Origin: Neocallimastix sp. 'constans'
Taxonomy: Eukaryota
Direction: 5' to 3'
NCBI GenBank assembly: GCA_050613775.1
Contig: JBODTK010000133.1
Location: forward strand, 62,001-126,000
Length of the DNA stretch: 64,000 bases
Shown here: piece after piece, positions 58,791-64,000 of the stretch
How positions within the stretch are numbered: the stretch's first letter is position 1
How the letters are laid out: each line of letters starts with the position of its first letter
The notes under the pieces: model-generated
What the model saw: the letters and a program-made list of their open reading frames with translations, nothing else
Told to the model about the DNA's origin: nothing
Databases searched by the model: none
Translations under genes and position numbers: made by a program

Positions 58791-59946
58791 ATTAAAGTAA
58801 ACAATTTAATAAAATATAAATAATATAAAAATAAAATATATTCTTTTCCTTTATCTAGAAAACACTATTATTTGAGGTTTGGTTAGTTACATATAAAATT
58901 TAATGAATAATATTATTAAGCGTTTTATTTTTATTTTTATTTTATTTTATTTTATTTAGCTTTATTTTTATATATTTAGATTTATTTATAAAAAAGAAAA
59001 GTTTATATGTTATTATTTGTTACATATTTAAATGTTTTGTATTAATAATAAAAAGCTTTTACTTTTTTTTTTTTTTTTTTATGTTTTTATTTATTAATCA
59101 TCCATTTTAATGTTAAATTATTATATACACATAATTTATTAAAAAATATTCAAATATAAAAAATATATATATCATTTATATTAAAAATTATGAAAATTTT
59201 TAAAAAAATTTTTAAATAAAAATGGAGACAAATTTTATTTAAGATAAATTTCAGATAATATAATTTTTAATTTTTTTTTTATATATTAAAAAATCACTAA
59301 AATTAATATGTACTATATATATATACAGAAAAATAATTTTTTTAATTTTGTTATATTTATAATAATAATAATAATTTAATGATTTACCAGTTTCAATAAA
59401 AACAACAAAATTAGTACAATCATTATAGTCTTCATTTTTTCCTTATTATTTTTGATACATATAAAAACTTGTTAATTTAAATGTATACTTTTTATAATTA
59501 ATATATATTTTGGCATGGGAATACTAAGAATAGTATCTTTTTTTATGAATATAGCCTAATAAATCACTTTTTTTTTTTTTTTTTTTTAATATAAGTTTGA
59601 AAAAAAATTTATTTTAGAAAGTATAATATGATCTTACAATTAAAAGATATATATTAATTTTAATTAAAAAATAGTTTTTTTTTTTTTTTTTTTTTACAAC
59701 ATTGACATTTTTAAATTTTTTCCTTTTTATAACATACTTATATTAAAAAGGATTTTTGTTATTGTAAATTTTTTTTAAAAATATGCTATTTTTTAAATAT
59801 TATGCTTTGTTTTTTTTTTTTTTTTTTTTAAGTATATATTGAATATTGAATATAAATTTTCACTTTTAAAAAAATAAAAATATTAATGAGTATATTTCCT
59901 TGACCTAGAACAGTACTCTACTGTATTTTATTAGTGGTATTACAAC

Positions 59947-59984
<38 letters not shown>

Positions 59985-60869
59985 TTATATATCAAAATTT
60001 TATATTAATTATTTAAAAAAAAAAAATATGTATATATATATATACCATAAAAATCAGGTCTAAAGAGGTAAACGTTGAATACTTTGGTAAACCTTTATGT
60101 AATTAGATATCTTTATTTTTTTAAATAAAAAATAAAGTTGAAGAGAAATGTATAGATTGATATAGGACAATTTATTAGTGAAAATCATCAAAGAAAATAA
60201 TTATTATTGATTATTTTTATAAATATATATATATATAATAAAATATATAATAAAATATGTAAAATGTGTAATATTAATTGTAAAGTAAAGATTAGGAGTA
60301 AAGAAATTAAATTTAATAAAATCAACAATATAATTAAAAAACTAAATATATATATATATAAAATACCAATAATGCAATAGTAATAATGATATTATTAATT
60401 TATTAATATTATAAATAGAATAAAGATGATATAATAAAATTGATAAAAATTAATTATTATAATTAAACTCTTTATTACTATGATTTGTTTATATGTTTTT
60501 ATTTTATTTTATTTTACTTCATTTTATTTTAGTTTATTTTTATTTTATTTTATTTTATTTTATTTTATTTATTTTATTTTATCTTTTATTATTATGATAA
60601 TGATTTTAATATTATTATATATTATTATATATATGCTAAAGCATTATTAGATTAAATGTTTTAACTATCATTATTTGTATTATAATAATTAACTTTTACA
60701 ATTAATATTCAAATTGCCGATAGATTATATATAAATTAAATTAAGTATTAAAAAAAAAAAAAAAAATTCATATTTAGATTTTGCTTTGTTGAATATATAT
60801 TAATAATAATTGATGATATTACCAATTTTACTTGTTAATTATTATAAATTCAACTATTTTTTCTTTAAC

Positions 60870-60933
<64 letters not shown>

Positions 60934-61088
60934 ATTATATTTAATTTTTATTTTATTTTGTTTAACTTTTTTATCATTTTTGTTTTGCCTTTTAAAAAAA
61001 CAAACAATAATAACAAAAAATAAAAATAAAAATAAAATAATAAATAATAAAAATAATAATTTAAATATAAAAAATTTAAAAATTTAAA

Positions 61089-61602
61089 TTAGTTTTCATT
61101 TTCATTTTCATTTAAAAGATTTTCCTGTGATAAAATGAATTTTACACTATCCAATACATTATTTACGACAGTCTTGGCTGGATACTTTTTATCATTTTTT
61201 CCAGTTCTAAATACACCAGTACGAACTAAAATTGAATGCCATCCATAATTATTTGCACTATATATTATTCGTATTATTATTTTTTTTTTTTTAAAGATAA
61301 AAATTTATTAGTATTAATTTATGTAAAGGCGAATTATTTAAATAATTATACATACACATAAATAATTATTAATTAATATTTATTTGAAAATGAAAATAAA
61401 AATAATAATAAAATGATAATACTAAAAGGGAAAACTTACCCTAAAATATCAACACTTGGATTATCACCAACAGCATAAACATTTGAGATTTCTTCATTTA
61501 AATAATTTTTTGAAAATTTTTCTAATAAATTTTTGGTAAAATCATATGTTGTCTTTTCTGGTTTGCCATATTGAATAACTTCTACATTTTTTCCTGTTAA
61601 TT

Positions 61603-61635
<33 letters not shown>

Positions 61636-62020
61636 ATTAATTATAAATAAAACATTAATATTAATATAATAATAATAATTTAATAATCAATCATTGAATT
61701 AAATATATTAATTATATATATTATTTTTATTATTATTATTATTTATCATAAGTATTAAAATTTACCTTGAAAAGCTTTAAAAATGCGATCTTAAAAGCAC
61801 CTTGACCGAAACGGGATAATGGGAAATCATTAGACCATAAAAGATCAGATGAGGCAAAGTAACATGGAACGGCTTGTTGTTCATATGGAATTTGTTGAGT
61901 TCCAAGTTTACCATTTATAGAACGTAATATATCGCAACCAATTTGAATATCTTGGCCCCACTATAAATTTAATGTATTTATAATATATAATAATTGTTAA
62001 ATTTATTTATTATTAATTAG

Positions 62021-62056
<36 letters not shown>

Positions 62057-63189
62057 TTTATAATTTATATAAATATATATATAATTTTATATTAAATTAA
62101 AAAATAAAAATTTATATTATCATTACAGTGTTTGAATCATTAAACACCAAAACAGATCCAAAACATTCATTATCTAAATCATATGGACAATCGAGTAATT
62201 GTTGATCTTCAAATGGCCATATAGATGGTCTCCATGATATAATTTCTTTAGATAAAATTGGCTTCTTAAAACCATAAGATTTAGCAACTTCTTTACAAGA
62301 ATCTATTTTAAATAAATTTTATTAAAAAAAAAAATTATTAAATATTATCTTATTTACAATTATATATTTTGAAATATATATTAAATAAATAAAAATAAAA
62401 ATTAACAGTTTTATAAAAAAAAAAGAGTAAAAGATTTATATTTATACAAACAAACAAATAAATAAAAACATTATTGTATATATATATATATAATTTAAAT
62501 ATTATAAAAATCGAAATAATAAATTATATTATTTCGTATATAATAATAATATTTTTAAATAATTACAAATAATACACCATCAATACTATAAATAATATAC
62601 CTGGACCAATGACTAAAGCCATTTTCTCTTTAATTTCATCTGGTATCATTTTCATTGGTGAATGACCTAAAATTATTTGTTCTTCACGAATTGGAACTTG
62701 AAAACGTTGTGAAAGCTCTTGAGCCTTCTTTTTTTCAGTCTTACCACCTCCATTAGTTAAGAAAACAAATGGAATATGAAGTGTATTAAGAAGTTTTAAA
62801 GTTTTAAGAGTTTCTGGTAAAACATTTTTACCTTTAACTAATACACCATCAATATCAAAAACTATTCCTGGCTTCTTACGTTTAGTAACATCAAGATTAA
62901 TTTTAACATCTAATTCTGGCTTATGAATATTAGTTTGTTGTTGTTGATTAATTAAAATATCAATGTTTTTTATATTATTAACCTTAGTTTTTGGTAATTC
63001 TTTTTTAATATTTGTTTTATTATTAATATTTAAATTTAAAGTATTTGGAGTGGCGCTTGGAATTTCAACATTAGATTTTGCATTATGAAATTGATATAGT
63101 AATACTTTATTAATACAAGATTCTAATGCAACCTTTTTGGTAGTATTAATACCAGTATTCTTTATAGAACTTAAAAATAATGTATTCAT
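61089..63189 (-). CDS. HAD-superfamily subfamily IIA hydrolase, CECR5/HDHD5-like (~430 aa, 5 exons: 63189-62601, 62302-62127, 61960-61766, 61603-61440, 61257-61089), probably organelle-targeted
   Basis: FDIDGVL, FLTNGGG, WGQDIQI, DLLWSNDFPLSRFGQGAF, YGKP, AVGDNPSVDILGANNYGWHSILVRTGV. Phases are consistent (1293 nt). The N-terminal extension is basic and poor in acidic residues. Confidence 0.93.
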
Positions 63190-64000
63190 TTTTATATATT
63201 ATTATTTATTATTATTTCTTTTAAATTGTATTAAGACGAAATGGTACGGTATTAGAGTAATTTTGAATATATTAATTTAAAATTTAAATTCAATATTTTA
63301 AAAATAGTAAAAGGTTATTATTAGGTTTATTCGAATTTATTTCTTTTTTGTTGACTTTTTATTTATTTTTTTATTTGTCAACAAAAGAAATAATATTAAA
63401 TAATTTTATGATATAAAGAATTATAAAAGCAACAATCTTTTTCAAATAATATAAATCAAAATATTTAACAAATATAAAATTTAAAAGATATTTAACAGTG
63501 ATACTAATAAATATTATATGATTATATTTGATTTTGGTAAAATTATTTGTTAATAACAATAAAATAAAATATATTATATGTAAAAAAAAAAAAAAAATCA
63601 ATAGATTTTACTATACATATAATTTGATTTTTTTTTTTTTTTTTAAAACAAAAACCCTACAAATAATTTATATATATAAAAAGGATAAAAAAAAAATTTT
63701 TTTTTATAATATTTGTTATATATATATAATTATTTTTATTTTTATTATTACTAAATTAAAAAATGTTTTTTAGTAATTTAAAAAATACATATGTATATTT
63801 ACTATAATTTTTATTGATATGTTTTCTTATGTATAGGCTATAATAAATTTTAAAGAAGAAGGAGAAGAAGGAAAAGAAAAAAAAATTTTAAGATGTTTAA
63901 ATATTCAAAAAAAAAAAAAAAAAAAAAAAAAAATTATAATTTATAAAATTTTTCCCATAATAAATTAATTATTAGTTAGGAAAAAGTATTTTTAATTATA

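Overview
Extremely AT-rich, gene-sparse eukaryotic DNA with GT-AG introns and many microsatellites. It is most consistent with an anaerobic gut fungus (Neocallimastigomycota); this is an inference from composition and gene/TE style. Hand splicing gives seven intact genes: (1) a ~2,330-aa low-complexity protein carrying a split DNA polymerase delta subunit 4 (POLD4/Cdm1)-like domain; (2,3) two paralogous intronless, tail-less CAMK-type Ser/Thr kinases; (4) a 5-exon protein of unknown function; (5) an ANTH-domain AP180/CALM-type clathrin adaptor with an array of 17 IxxQxTG-type motifs; (6) an 8-exon, ~1,950-aa single-pass receptor; (7) a HAD-IIA CECR5/HDHD5-like hydrolase. The receptor is the main finding. 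It has a bacterial-type BMP solute-binding ectodomain, an EGF-like module, a TM helix, and the pseudokinase and signalling helix of receptor guanylyl cyclases, but a complete hybrid histidine kinase with receiver domains sits where the cyclase should be. Intergenic DNA holds decayed ankyrin, LINE and Ty1/copia relics, a 351-bp insert with a target-site duplication, a decayed orphan ORF and satellites. All homology calls come from motif recognition by eye, not from database searches.
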